A stretch of 64,000 nt of DNA. Origin: a virus. The notes under the pieces were generated by a model. It saw only the letters and a program-made list of their open reading frames with translations, was not told the origin of the DNA and ran no database searches. Position numbers and translations under genes: made by a program. The DNA is taken from IMG/VR virus record IMGVR_UViG_3300011254_000489, positions 1 to 64,000 of that record; one strand, 5' to 3'. Below are positions 1-9,549 of the stretch, piece by piece. The first letter of the stretch is position 1. Every line of letters starts with the position of its first letter.

Positions 1-1
1 T

Positions 2-136
2 TGTCAATCATGTGAAGATGATAAAGAAGGGACAAAACCCTGTGGCCGTAAAGATGCTACTAAAGGAACTAAACAAAGATGTAGGGCGACATGTGCGGCT
101 TGCAAAACCTACAAAAGAAGGAAGGGAACAAAATGA
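2..136 (+). CDS. 3' end of a Cys-rich basic small protein (truncated at window edge)
   Basis: Open frame CQSCEDDKEGTKPCGRKDATKGTKQRCRATCAACKTYKRRKGTK*, read manually; its TGA overlaps the next ATG (ATGA at 133-136). Confidence 0.6.
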   Translation, partial: CQSCEDDKEGTKPCGRKDATKGTKQRCRATCAACKTYKRRKGTK

Positions 137-519
137 TTTGGAAAAAAATATTGAAAGCGCACTGCAATACAGAAAAAGCCGGTTCCGGTTGTAGTTGTAG
201 TGCATGTGAAGAAAAAATGGAAAAGAAACTTGTCGGTGGTCAAAGAAAATTAGACCGAGACAAAGATGGAAAAATTACAGGTAAGGATTTTTCCATGTTA
301 AGAGATAGTGCTAAGAAGGCTGACCCAACAGAAACAATCGTTTCTACTCTAGAAGAAGAGGGTGGGGCATCCGGTTTAGAACCTCTAGAAGAGTCTACTA
401 AAATGTCTAAAGATGAATTAAAAGATATGCTAGAGAACATGGAGAATGTTGTTCAGCACAAAAAGGGAGACTATATTTTGTTAGATGGTTTGCCTTTACC
501 TACAGATGAAGAGGAATAA
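133..519 (+). CDS. Small acidic head-module protein with EF-hand-like loop
   Basis: Likely start MIWKKILKA at 133 (ATGA overlap); CSCSAC cluster; DRDKDGKITGKDF matches the EF-hand DxDxDG loop. Confidence 0.6.
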   Translation: MIWKKILKAHCNTEKAGSGCSCSACEEKMEKKLVGGQRKLDRDKDGKITGKDFSMLRDSAKKADPTETIVSTLEEEGGASGLEPLEESTKMSKDELKDMLENMENVVQHKKGDYILLDGLPLPTDEEE

Positions 520-521
520 GT

Positions 522-923
522 ATGAGTTGGAAAATTCTAGTCAAGGCATTTTCTTGCCCTGTTGCTACTCAAGATTTGGAACTGAATACCAAAAATAGAG
601 ATAGAGCAGTCAAGGAAAAGTACATTCAGTACGGGCCTTTGAATTTAGAAGATGAAGACTATTGGACTAGGTATGCAAAGAAATGGAATACTACTGCCGA
701 TGTTGCTAAGAAGTCTAATTGTAGTAATTGCGTAGCGTTTGATATTTCTCCTAGAATGGATGAATGTATGCCTCTAAATACAGACGAAGATGGGCGTTTA
801 GGTTATTGTTGGATGCACGATTTCAAATGTCATTCTGCTAGAACTTGCTACACTTGGGCTAAAGGTGGCCCAATTGACGACGATAAGACCTCAAAAGAAA
901 ACCAAGAGAGGCGAGAAAAATGA
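522..923 (+). CDS. Small Cys-rich protein, HiPIP-like Cys pattern
   Basis: CSNC..F...GYC....FKC....TCYTW; N-terminus MSWKILVK. Confidence 0.55.
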   Translation: MSWKILVKAFSCPVATQDLELNTKNRDRAVKEKYIQYGPLNLEDEDYWTRYAKKWNTTADVAKKSNCSNCVAFDISPRMDECMPLNTDEDGRLGYCWMHDFKCHSARTCYTWAKGGPIDDDKTSKENQERREK

Positions 924-1207
924 GTTGGAAAACTATTCTAAAAAAGGACAAAAAAGATATGCGGGTTGGGACTGTATATCCTAGTGATAGAAGCGGTAAG
1001 AAAATCATGATGCTCACCCATGAAGATAAGAAAATCCATGCCGGTGCTAAGGGATATGGTAACTACAAAGCAAAGGGGAAAAATCGTGGTGGTGGAACCC
1101 ACAAAGACCCTAAAAGAAGAAAGTCATTCAAAGCAAGGCATAAGTGTCACGAATGCAAAGGGAGAATAACAACTCCTAAATGTCTAGCCTGTAAGAAATT
1201 ATGGTGA
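920..1207 (+). CDS. Small basic protein, probable nucleic-acid binding
   Basis: HKDPKRRKSFKARHKC...CLACKKLW; very Lys/Arg-rich; N-terminus MSWKTILKK. Confidence 0.6.
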   Translation: MSWKTILKKDKKDMRVGTVYPSDRSGKKIMMLTHEDKKIHAGAKGYGNYKAKGKNRGGGTHKDPKRRKSFKARHKCHECKGRITTPKCLACKKLW

Positions 1208-1259
1208 TAACAAACATCATTAACGATGGCTATTGAACAGTAATTGGGGAGGATACATT

Positions 1260-2900
1260 ATGGCTGATAAAAGACGCTTTTCGTTCACAAATCTATTCCG
1301 AAGGACTACACCTAAACCCAATGATAGAAAGGTCTTCAATGTAGGTATTCAAGAGAAAGAACAATCCTACATGATGACAGGGCCATTGGTCTACAATGTC
1401 GTGGGGCAATCAGTTATTGTTAGAACTTGTATTACTCAACTTAAACAAGAAATTTTTCGCAGAGGCTATGTTTGGGAAAAGGCGTTTGAGTCCCGTTGTT
1501 TATCTTGTCAAAAAACACACAAGATGCCGGTACAGGAATGTGCTAGATGTGGCTCTACAGACTTAGAAAAACCCAACCCAAAACAATTAGAATATGCTGA
1601 AAGTTTCATAGAAGGATATGTAAATAAGTCCGAGCAAAAATTCATTGATGTGTTTAAAGAATTAGAAGATGATTTGAATATCATGGATGATGCTTATATT
1701 GTTCTTGTCAAAGAATATTACTTGGATGGTAACGGCAAAATCCGTATGCACCGAATCAAGGAATTGTTTAGAGGCGACCCTGTAACTATGACTATCTATG
1801 CTGATGAAGTAGGTATTAGAGGAACAAAGGGTTTTACTTGTATCAACCATAGAAGCCATCTTGCCCATGAACCACATGAAAGTTGTGAAGAATGCGGTAG
1901 TCCTCTTTATCCGGTACACTATGTTAATCGTGCTAATGGGGAGCATCAGTACTTTTTACAGGGAGAAGTTTTGCACTTTAGTAAATACAGTCCTAGTAGA
2001 ATGTATGGGCAGTCTCCAATCCTAACTTTATTCAATAACATAATGACCCTCATTGCTATGGAAAACTATGTCAATTCTTCTTACACTAAGAGTAGAATGC
2101 CTAGAGGTTTGTTAGCAGTACAAACTAGAAATATGGATTCAATGGCCGCATTTTGGAGAGGTGTAAAAGAACGAATGGAACAAGACCCTCACTATATTCC
2201 TGTTATGGGAATTGAAGCCGAGAATGGTAAGGGTTCTGTTGAATGGATTAAATTCATGGACAGTCTAAAAGAAATGGAATATGTTGCAGTAAAGGACGAT
2301 TTGCGAGATAGGATTTCAGCGTTCTATGGAGTTAGTAAAGTCTTCATGGCTGACAACACTACTAGCGGTGGACTTAACAATGAAGGTATGCAAATCTTAG
2401 TCACTAACAGAGCAGTACAAATGGCTCAAAATGTTTACAATGATTATGTGTTCCCGTTCTTAACTAAAGAGTTTGGAATTACAGATTGGGTTCTAAAACT
2501 ACCTCCTAGCGAAGAAGAGGATGAAATAGCAGTACTTCGTAAAAGAGAGATTGAAGTTAATATTGCGGCTTCTACTAAGAATCTAGGATTTGAAGTAGAT
2601 ATGGATGAAGACGGACAGTTTACTTTTAGTAAGCCGGAACCAAAAGAAACACCTAACCAAGAAGGAGAAGAAGATTCTAGCGTTGATATTGACCCTTATG
2701 CGGGAACAAATATTGATGCTTCGCAAATGGGACAGATGCAAGAACAGATGATGCAAGGCGGAAGTAAGCCACAAGAGAACCCACCGGCCACAAGAAATAA
2801 AGCGAGGATGAGCGTAGGGCCGGATAAGCGTATGACAGGATTACCCAAAGAAGCGGGCAATCAAAATGTTGATTCAAGAAGTGAAAGGAGAATACCATAA
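1260..2900 (+). CDS. Portal protein with Zn-finger insertions
   Basis: Position at start of head block; portal-like segments (EVLHF..YSPSRMYGQSPI; ISAFYGVS); acidic/disordered C-tail; CxxC pairs; GGAGG SD before ATG 1260. Confidence 0.85.
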   Translation: MADKRRFSFTNLFRRTTPKPNDRKVFNVGIQEKEQSYMMTGPLVYNVVGQSVIVRTCITQLKQEIFRRGYVWEKAFESRCLSCQKTHKMPVQECARCGSTDLEKPNPKQLEYAESFIEGYVNKSEQKFIDVFKELEDDLNIMDDAYIVLVKEYYLDGNGKIRMHRIKELFRGDPVTMTIYADEVGIRGTKGFTCINHRSHLAHEPHESCEECGSPLYPVHYVNRANGEHQYFLQGEVLHFSKYSPSRMYGQSPILTLFNNIMTLIAMENYVNSSYTKSRMPRGLLAVQTRNMDSMAAFWRGVKERMEQDPHYIPVMGIEAENGKGSVEWIKFMDSLKEMEYVAVKDDLRDRISAFYGVSKVFMADNTTSGGLNNEGMQILVTNRAVQMAQNVYNDYVFPFLTKEFGITDWVLKLPPSEEEDEIAVLRKREIEVNIAASTKNLGFEVDMDEDGQFTFSKPEPKETPNQEGEEDSSVDIDPYAGTNIDASQMGQMQEQMMQGGSKPQENPPATRNKARMSVGPDKRMTGLPKEAGNQNVDSRSERRIP

Positions 2901-3121
2901 TGACAGACATAGCAAGAAAAGAAGCACAGTTAGCAAGAGAGTTAGCAAAGGTTCGCTCACAAAGAGCCGCCGAAGATAGAGCAGTAAAAAAGAATAGAGA
3001 TTTTTCTTTGGGTGGTTTACCTCCCGATACTACTCATACTCCTAAGCGGGGTTCAGCAGATACTCCCGATGCGGTTCAACTTCCCGTAAAAAGAAGAAAC
3101 AGGACAGAAAATAAGTGGTGA
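2900..3121 (+). CDS. Hypothetical protein (head module)
   Basis: 73-aa ORF, coupled to portal stop. Confidence 0.6.
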   Translation: MTDIARKEAQLARELAKVRSQRAAEDRAVKKNRDFSLGGLPPDTTHTPKRGSADTPDAVQLPVKRRNRTENKW

Positions 3122-3126
3122 TTTTA

Positions 3127-4752
3127 ATGTCTTTTATGGATATTCTAAAGGTTCAATTTCCTACCGAAGAGGATAAGGAAGAAGAATTGAATGAAGTAAA
3201 AGAAGAGATGGAGGTACTAGAACCTCAAACATTATCGTCACTAAAAACTAATTCCGAATTGATGGGATATTATAAGAAAATAAAGAATTCTTTATCGGAA
3301 ACAATAAGTGAGCAAATAAAATATAATAAGGATAAAGAAGAGGCTAGGGAAAAGACTAATAACGGCAGAAAGGAACAGGGTAGAAAGCCTTTGGTAGTTA
3401 GGAATTCTGTTGAACTAGACTTACAAGACCCTCTAAATCCTAAAGAAAGAATGTCTTTTGATATTCCACTAAAAGGAATTACTGAGGCAAAGATAGGAAA
3501 AATCGTTTTGGGAGAATTATTAGAATCTATCAAAGCGAAAGTTAAGCGTTACTCCGAAGGAACAGTAATGCAACCTAAAGAAAAAGAAGTTGTGGCGGAA
3601 GAACCTAAAATCCCTAGAGCGAAGGAAATAAATGATTTCGTTAATTCGGGAGAAGACAGAGAAAATACTTCTTTTGATATTGAAAAATTAAGTGCGGTAT
3701 TACTAGATATAGAAAAAACAATACAAGAAACCTCTTCCTCAAGTCAAGACTTATCTATGCTTCTAGACTTACAAAAACTACTTTCTGCAATAGATTCTGC
3801 TAAATCTATTGTTGATAAAGTAGAAGGTAAAAATACTGATATTATGGACAACTTGAGAATACTACTGCAAGATATTAGACAGTCGGATTTAGTAAAGGTT
3901 CCCTATAAAAGAAAATTAACCCCTCATATTAAGTCCCTTGAAGAATTAAAAAATCTGGTTCTTTCTATTAAGGGACATACAGTGCAACCTGCAACCCTAA
4001 CCAAAGTAAAAGAACTACGGGATATGTTAGTGCAACTGAATAAAAAAAGAAACACAAATTACGATGTTGTAAAAGTAATGGGTAGAGGGGCTACGGGAAA
4101 AAACAATTATAGTTTCTTAAAGACTGTTGGTAAAAACACCGAATCTATTTTCTATAATTATGTTAAAGCAGGAACAGATTTTTTAAGTCCTTTGCGACAA
4201 AAAAATAATGCTAATAAGTATCGCAAAAATAACGCTAATACCGATACAGAAAACCAACGCTATGATGAATTAGAAAAAGTGGGTAAGGAGATACATAGTT
4301 TGTTGAATTTGAAAGACAGTTGGACTAGCCTAAATGAAGAATATTTAAAGAAGTTTAACTCTGCTATGAAAGAAGGTAAAAGTAGTTTTACTATTACTGA
4401 TGGTGTAGAACCTCTAGAAGTGATAATAGAGGGATTGGAAACAAAAGATATTAAAGACTACATTTTACTTATTGCGAAGGAAAATGGAAACGATACTCTC
4501 TTAGAAGAGTTGATGCAGACTTACCAATCTTTAACAGGTATAGTAATAGATGTTGCAGAAAACAAAAAGATGCGAAAAGAACTTGCTAAACTAAGAAAGG
4601 AAGTTTTAGCAGGTATTAATAATCCTTACAGGGATGAAGGCCAAGAATTAGCGGCTAGGCGTATAGGGGATTTAGAAGATACCGGCTCATTGGGGTATTA
4701 TGATTCACCACCGAAAGAGAAACCGCAAGATAAAAAAGAAGAAGAGGAATAA
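3127..4752 (+). CDS. Large charged coiled-coil-like protein, possible internal virion protein
   Basis: GGTGA SD before ATG 3127; starts MSFMDILK; K/E-rich, helical. Confidence 0.55.
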   Translation: MSFMDILKVQFPTEEDKEEELNEVKEEMEVLEPQTLSSLKTNSELMGYYKKIKNSLSETISEQIKYNKDKEEAREKTNNGRKEQGRKPLVVRNSVELDLQDPLNPKERMSFDIPLKGITEAKIGKIVLGELLESIKAKVKRYSEGTVMQPKEKEVVAEEPKIPRAKEINDFVNSGEDRENTSFDIEKLSAVLLDIEKTIQETSSSSQDLSMLLDLQKLLSAIDSAKSIVDKVEGKNTDIMDNLRILLQDIRQSDLVKVPYKRKLTPHIKSLEELKNLVLSIKGHTVQPATLTKVKELRDMLVQLNKKRNTNYDVVKVMGRGATGKNNYSFLKTVGKNTESIFYNYVKAGTDFLSPLRQKNNANKYRKNNANTDTENQRYDELEKVGKEIHSLLNLKDSWTSLNEEYLKKFNSAMKEGKSSFTITDGVEPLEVIIEGLETKDIKDYILLIAKENGNDTLLEELMQTYQSLTGIVIDVAENKKMRKELAKLRKEVLAGINNPYRDEGQELAARRIGDLEDTGSLGYYDSPPKEKPQDKKEEEE

Positions 4753-4754
4753 TT

Positions 4755-5102
4755 ATGTGGGAACATGTACTAAAAGAAACAATAGAAAAAGAAAACAGTC
4801 CGATTTTACAATCGTTAGACGATAAGAAGAAAAAGAGATTGAAGAAAACTCTACAATCAACAGAACCTACAGAGTACTTCGGCCAAGATTTTACTCGCTT
4901 AGGTGAATTGATTGATATGCTCAAAGAGTTAGAGTTAATCAAATCCGATGAAAAAATGACAAAGAAGTTTAAATCCATAGATGAAAGGAACATTGATATG
5001 TTAGCCCTATCTAGCAAACTTCGTAAGGAGTATGAATTACTGTACCGACAACTTCGGGAAGTCATTTATCCAAGTAGAAAGGGGGATTTAAGAGATGAGT
5101 GA
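4755..5102 (+). CDS. Hypothetical head-module protein
   Basis: 115-aa ORF starting MWEHVLKE. Confidence 0.65.
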   Translation: MWEHVLKETIEKENSPILQSLDDKKKKRLKKTLQSTEPTEYFGQDFTRLGELIDMLKELELIKSDEKMTKKFKSIDERNIDMLALSSKLRKEYELLYRQLREVIYPSRKGDLRDE

Positions 5103-5319
5103 AACAGACGAAGAAGTTTTAGAAATCCTAAAGGCTCTAGTGGGTAGAATCAAGACTCTAGAACAAGCAGTCTACAACAAAGACAATATTCTAATGAAGT
5201 CGGGATTTGTTGTTGCTCAATCCCCTACTCCTTCAATTACTAACTCAACCATGCCGACAGATGATGCAATTCATAAAATGTCTTGGGATGATATAGAAAA
5301 ATTCGTAGGTGGACGGTGA
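5095..5319 (+). CDS. Small coiled-coil protein with scaffold-like C-terminal motif
   Basis: Ends IHKMSWDDIEKFVGGR, similar to the protease C-terminus MDWSDIHKM. Confidence 0.6.
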   Translation: MSETDEEVLEILKALVGRIKTLEQAVYNKDNILMKSGFVVAQSPTPSITNSTMPTDDAIHKMSWDDIEKFVGGR

Positions 5320-5840
5320 AACTTATGCCCGAAAAAATGACTAAAGAAGAAGTTAGAGTTGCACAAGCAATTGAGCAAGTTAGGATTGTTAAAGAATTAG
5401 TACAACAGGCTAGTGCTGAAAGGATTGCTTACGATGATGAATCGGAAGAAGTTAAAGTAAAGCGACCTAAAAAGACAGGCGAAAAAGACAAGACCAAGAT
5501 TGAGAACAACAAAGGTACTCATTCGGGATATGGATTAGCCGGTGAGGAAACTCATTTTAAAAAAGAAGACCTCAATGAAGTAGATTATGATGCTATTCTT
5601 AGGAAAAATTTTCAAGGTATTAAGGGACTTGATGTAGAAACAGCCGTGAGTTGGATACACGACACAGGCCGTAAAAGAATAACGAAAGAGAACTTGAGAA
5701 AAGTTGAGCGAGAATTTGCGGGAATGACCGAAGAATCAAAAAGAGAGATTCACACTAGATTTGCACTATCTAAGGCTTTAGGCAAACCTCTATTTCCTCC
5801 TAAATTCATTGACCGAGAAACATACGAACTATCACCTTAA
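5316..5840 (+). CDS. Hypothetical protein
   Basis: 174-aa ORF in operon context. Confidence 0.6.
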   Translation: MKLMPEKMTKEEVRVAQAIEQVRIVKELVQQASAERIAYDDESEEVKVKRPKKTGEKDKTKIENNKGTHSGYGLAGEETHFKKEDLNEVDYDAILRKNFQGIKGLDVETAVSWIHDTGRKRITKENLRKVEREFAGMTEESKREIHTRFALSKALGKPLFPPKFIDRETYELSP

Positions 5841-8319
5841 GTTGATTAAGATGCCCTCTACAGGTTTAACTATCGGGAAAGTCAAAGCCCCCGTTTCCGA
5901 TGAAATACTACATCTGTTTGAGAAGGTTAGAGTATCTTATCTATCCGCAAAGGAAGATAAGAAAGAATACGGTGGTCGTTGGAGAAACACACTAGAAGAA
6001 ATAAGCGAAGCATTTGATTCAATTTCTCCTTTGGGTAAAGAAATTAATGTTTTCTTAGATGAAAGACATTTGGAAGATAATGATTCTAAAGACCCCGAAA
6101 GCACTACTGCTAGAATTATTTACGAAGCCATTAAGGATATGCGTTTCAAATCGGAAGAAGTAGAAGACCCCTTCGCTGACCGATTCAAAGGTAATGTGTT
6201 AGAAGCATTACTATCCGATGTTGGTACAATGGTCAAATTTATTCATTATGCTATTCGTTCCGATGAAAAAGCCTTACCTGCTGATTTCTACACATCTAAA
6301 GAATTACAAGAAGATGAAATTACTGATGGATTAGAAGGACTTGATTTAGTAGTTGATGATGTTCCTTTGTTTATCATTGAGCATTATGGTGACGATAAGG
6401 ATTCTAAGAAAGTTGAATCACAATTCAAAAAAGCAAATAAGATACTAGAAGAAATGATGTTATCAAATTCTTCCGAAGAAGACCTAGAAGAATTAGTAGA
6501 GGTTGATTTAGAAAAGGCCGAGAAAACTGAAAAGGCTTCTTCTCAATTTATTGTTCCTAACAAACCTATGTACCGAATCTTTGACATTGATGACATGAAT
6601 GAATTGAAAGGGTTTAGTGGAGAATATGTTGTCCAAGAAAAATATGATGGTATGCGAATACAGATTCATAAGATAGATGACAAAATCAATATCTACTCCT
6701 ATAATGAAAAGGACATTACAGACAAGTGTTCCGAACAAGTCAAGGAACTACAGAAAAAAGCATACGGTGATTGTATCCTTGATGCTGAGTTAATTTTGTT
6801 TGATGGTGAGAAAGCCCTGCATAGGGCAGATACAATAGCCCATGTTTTCAAGAATAAGTACAAAGAGGCTAGACTAAGAGCGCATGTTTTTGATATTATG
6901 AGACATGAGGCTCAAAACCTTACAGAAGAACCCCTAAGAGACAGAATCAACATACTGTTCAACAATTATTCTTCCAAGTCTTCTTCGGATTTGGTTTACC
7001 CTTCAAAGAAAGATACTCGCATTGCTGACTCTCTAAAAGATATAGCAGAATACGCAGAAGAGATTATGGAAATGCCTACTTCGGAAGGAGTAGTCATTAA
7101 AGATATTGAATCCACTTACTTTATTGGTACGAAGAAAAACCCTAAGTGGGTTAAGTGGAAGAAGTTTGTAGATTTGGATATGGTCGTTCTAGAAAAGAAA
7201 TCTACTAAGTCCGGTCTTTACTCTTACACTTTAGGAGCAGGGCCAGTTGATGATGAGGACGAAGGAAAACACATTGTTGAACAGAACGATAGAAAATACA
7301 TGAATGTTGGTAAGGCACTTAATACTAAGATTAATGCAAAGGTCGGTCAAATTATTAGAGTCAAAGTGGATGAGGTAAGAGAGGATAATGGTAGGTTTAC
7401 TCTTTACTCCGCTAAGGTTATTGAGATACCCGAAGTTGAATTACCCGACAAAATAGTAACTTTACAAATGCTTTCTCAAGATACTAAGCCTAGTATTAAA
7501 TACAAAACTATGGCTTTGAAGAAAGGAATAACAATCAGTGATGGAATTCACGGAACCGCTACTTTAATTGCTAAAAGCATGGATGGTTTTACTTTATATG
7601 GATTTAAAGAAACTAATCTTATGGCTAAGAATGCAATTCATGATTTAGATATGTGGAAGAAGGAAGCAGAAGAAACCATGAAAAGTCTACAATCGGAAAT
7701 ATATGTAGGGGTTATCAATCTAATAAAAAGAAAGGGGCCACAACCAATAACAGAGGTACATGACTTCTTGATTAGGAATTATGGTAACCAATACGAAACG
7801 GTATTAGAAAGCGATAAGAAAGAATTACCCGATTGGTTGAACCGTAGAGAAGATATATCAATATCCAACGGTAAAGTTTCAATTGATGATTCTAAAATAA
7901 TAAAGGAGAAGCCTTCTCAATTTAAAATTTATTTGAGAAAGGACGGCAATCTTAATTTTTCAGTACAACACAAAGAAGAATTATTGATGTGGACTATTGA
8001 TTTACAAACTGATGATGATATATTCGCTTTGTTTGGTAAAGCAGTAAAGTATCCTGCTGAAATATCCGAACAACAAGACACTCATAAATTGTTAGATGAA
8101 GGAGATGTAGAAGTAGGCGTTCAAAGACATGGATACCATGAGTACATTCTAAATGGTAATAAGTTTGAAACTAAATTACATTTCCGAGTAGTAGATATTA
8201 AAGATAAGAAAGGTTGGGTTGCTTGGACAGGATATGAGCAAAAACCTGTAGATAAAGATACAGACGAAGGCGTTTGGAATATCTATGAAGATAAGTACAA
8301 AACCCTAAAATTAGAATAA
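5809..8319 (+). CDS. Multidomain ATP-dependent DNA ligase-family protein in head module
   Basis: Motif I EKYDGMR, motif III ILDAEL, IIIa FDI, IV EGVVIKD, V KWVKWK, then OB-like domain; extra N- and C-terminal domains; true start may be ATG 5851. Confidence 0.85.
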   Translation: MTEKHTNYHLKLIKMPSTGLTIGKVKAPVSDEILHLFEKVRVSYLSAKEDKKEYGGRWRNTLEEISEAFDSISPLGKEINVFLDERHLEDNDSKDPESTTARIIYEAIKDMRFKSEEVEDPFADRFKGNVLEALLSDVGTMVKFIHYAIRSDEKALPADFYTSKELQEDEITDGLEGLDLVVDDVPLFIIEHYGDDKDSKKVESQFKKANKILEEMMLSNSSEEDLEELVEVDLEKAEKTEKASSQFIVPNKPMYRIFDIDDMNELKGFSGEYVVQEKYDGMRIQIHKIDDKINIYSYNEKDITDKCSEQVKELQKKAYGDCILDAELILFDGEKALHRADTIAHVFKNKYKEARLRAHVFDIMRHEAQNLTEEPLRDRINILFNNYSSKSSSDLVYPSKKDTRIADSLKDIAEYAEEIMEMPTSEGVVIKDIESTYFIGTKKNPKWVKWKKFVDLDMVVLEKKSTKSGLYSYTLGAGPVDDEDEGKHIVEQNDRKYMNVGKALNTKINAKVGQIIRVKVDEVREDNGRFTLYSAKVIEIPEVELPDKIVTLQMLSQDTKPSIKYKTMALKKGITISDGIHGTATLIAKSMDGFTLYGFKETNLMAKNAIHDLDMWKKEAEETMKSLQSEIYVGVINLIKRKGPQPITEVHDFLIRNYGNQYETVLESDKKELPDWLNRREDISISNGKVSIDDSKIIKEKPSQFKIYLRKDGNLNFSVQHKEELLMWTIDLQTDDDIFALFGKAVKYPAEISEQQDTHKLLDEGDVEVGVQRHGYHEYILNGNKFETKLHFRVVDIKDKKGWVAWTGYEQKPVDKDTDEGVWNIYEDKYKTLKLE

Positions 8320-8325
8320 AAATCC

Positions 8326-8340
8326 GATAAGGCTATATAG
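8326..8340 (+). promoter_or_regulatory. Putative archaeal BRE/TATA promoter of protease-MCP operon
   Basis: GATAAGGCTATATAG about 20-27 nt upstream of TTG 8360, which fits leaderless archaeal transcript spacing. Confidence 0.4.
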
Positions 8341-8359
8341 TCAATTATAGAACGAAGGT

Positions 8360-9538
8360 TTGAGTATTATGTCGCCAATCATTAAGGCGCAACGATTTGA
8401 TGACTTTCAAATAATCAAAAGCGACGAATTAATGATAGGTGGATATGCTTCTATTGAAATGGTAGATAAACAAAATGATTTGATTACCTTAAAATCACTC
8501 AAAGAAGCAGTAAACAAATTTATGGAACAAAAAAACTTCCGAAATGTAATGACAAACCACTCAAATGTCCAAGTAGGAGAAGTAGTAGAAAATTACCGAG
8601 ACTCAAATGGAAGACTATGGAAAACCGAAGTAGATGATGTAGGATTTTTTGTAGTAATTAAATTAAGGGACGACATAGAAAAAGCCAAAGAAATAGGCAG
8701 AGGAATTCGCAAGGGAACATTAAGGTCTTTTAGCATTGGAGGACAAGCATTACAGAAAGTAAAAAAGCGCAGTGAAGAGTTAGGCGAATTTAGTGAAATT
8801 AGCAAACTTGAATTGCACGAAGTAACAATCTGTGAAAAAGGAATAAATCCCGAAGCGAAATTTGACATACTCAAACAAGAGGTGACTAACATGAATAAAT
8901 TAGAAAAAGCATTGGCGGAACTGGACACTCTTCTAGAAGAAGTGAACACTCTGCGTAAAGAAGAAGAAGAAGCCCCCGAAATGGAAAACATGGCGGGAGA
9001 AGAAGAAGAAATGATGGGCGGAGAATATATGGATGATACCCGTAAGTCTCCTACTGCTACGCTTGATGGCGGCTCTGTAGAAACAGGTGAACCTGCTGAA
9101 AGAGTTGTTGTAAGCGGTGGAAAACCAACAGGTTCTTCCCAAGCAGAAGAAGAAGGTAAAGTCTCAAAAGCATTCGGTAACGGAGAATTTGATACTCTAA
9201 ACCTTTCCCCCGAAAACATTGAGAAGGCTTATGCTCAGTTTAGAGCAGAGCAAATGGAAAAACTTGCATACGATAACTTGCAAGATACCTTCGCTAAGAG
9301 ATTTGAGAACGAAGTTTCTCACCGAGAACATTTGGTTGCAAAGTCCGAGTACGATGCACAAGATGAAATCTCTGCTCTACGACAACAATTTAGTGAACTC
9401 CGTAAGTCTTTGGATAACGGAAACGCAGAAATTCGCAAGGCCAATGAAGCCGCACAAGAAGTTAAGGTACTTTCCCTAGAGGAAGTTGCTGAGATGGATT
9501 GGAGCGACATTCACAAGATGGTTAGCGGAAATATTTGA
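8360..9538 (+). CDS. HK97-type prohead protease fused to C-terminal scaffold
   Basis: IGGYAS..MVDKQND, catalytic His (MTNHS), RSFSIGG catalytic Ser, LHEVTIC....NPEA; acidic coiled-coil C-half; directly upstream of MCP. Confidence 0.9.
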   Translation: MSIMSPIIKAQRFDDFQIIKSDELMIGGYASIEMVDKQNDLITLKSLKEAVNKFMEQKNFRNVMTNHSNVQVGEVVENYRDSNGRLWKTEVDDVGFFVVIKLRDDIEKAKEIGRGIRKGTLRSFSIGGQALQKVKKRSEELGEFSEISKLELHEVTICEKGINPEAKFDILKQEVTNMNKLEKALAELDTLLEEVNTLRKEEEEAPEMENMAGEEEEMMGGEYMDDTRKSPTATLDGGSVETGEPAERVVVSGGKPTGSSQAEEEGKVSKAFGNGEFDTLNLSPENIEKAYAQFRAEQMEKLAYDNLQDTFAKRFENEVSHREHLVAKSEYDAQDEISALRQQFSELRKSLDNGNAEIRKANEAAQEVKVLSLEEVAEMDWSDIHKMVSGNI

Positions 9539-9549
9539 GGTGATTTAGC

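Noticed and set aside
12-194. 60-aa ORF from the track at window start
   Set aside because: The alternative frame (2-136, Cys-rich, ATGA-coupled to the next gene) fits the operon pattern better.
8593-9219. 208-aa antisense ORF within protease/scaffold, and similar Ser-rich antisense ORFs elsewhere
   Set aside because: Mirror of Glu-rich sense codons (GAA gives TTC/TCT); it lies entirely within a well-supported gene.
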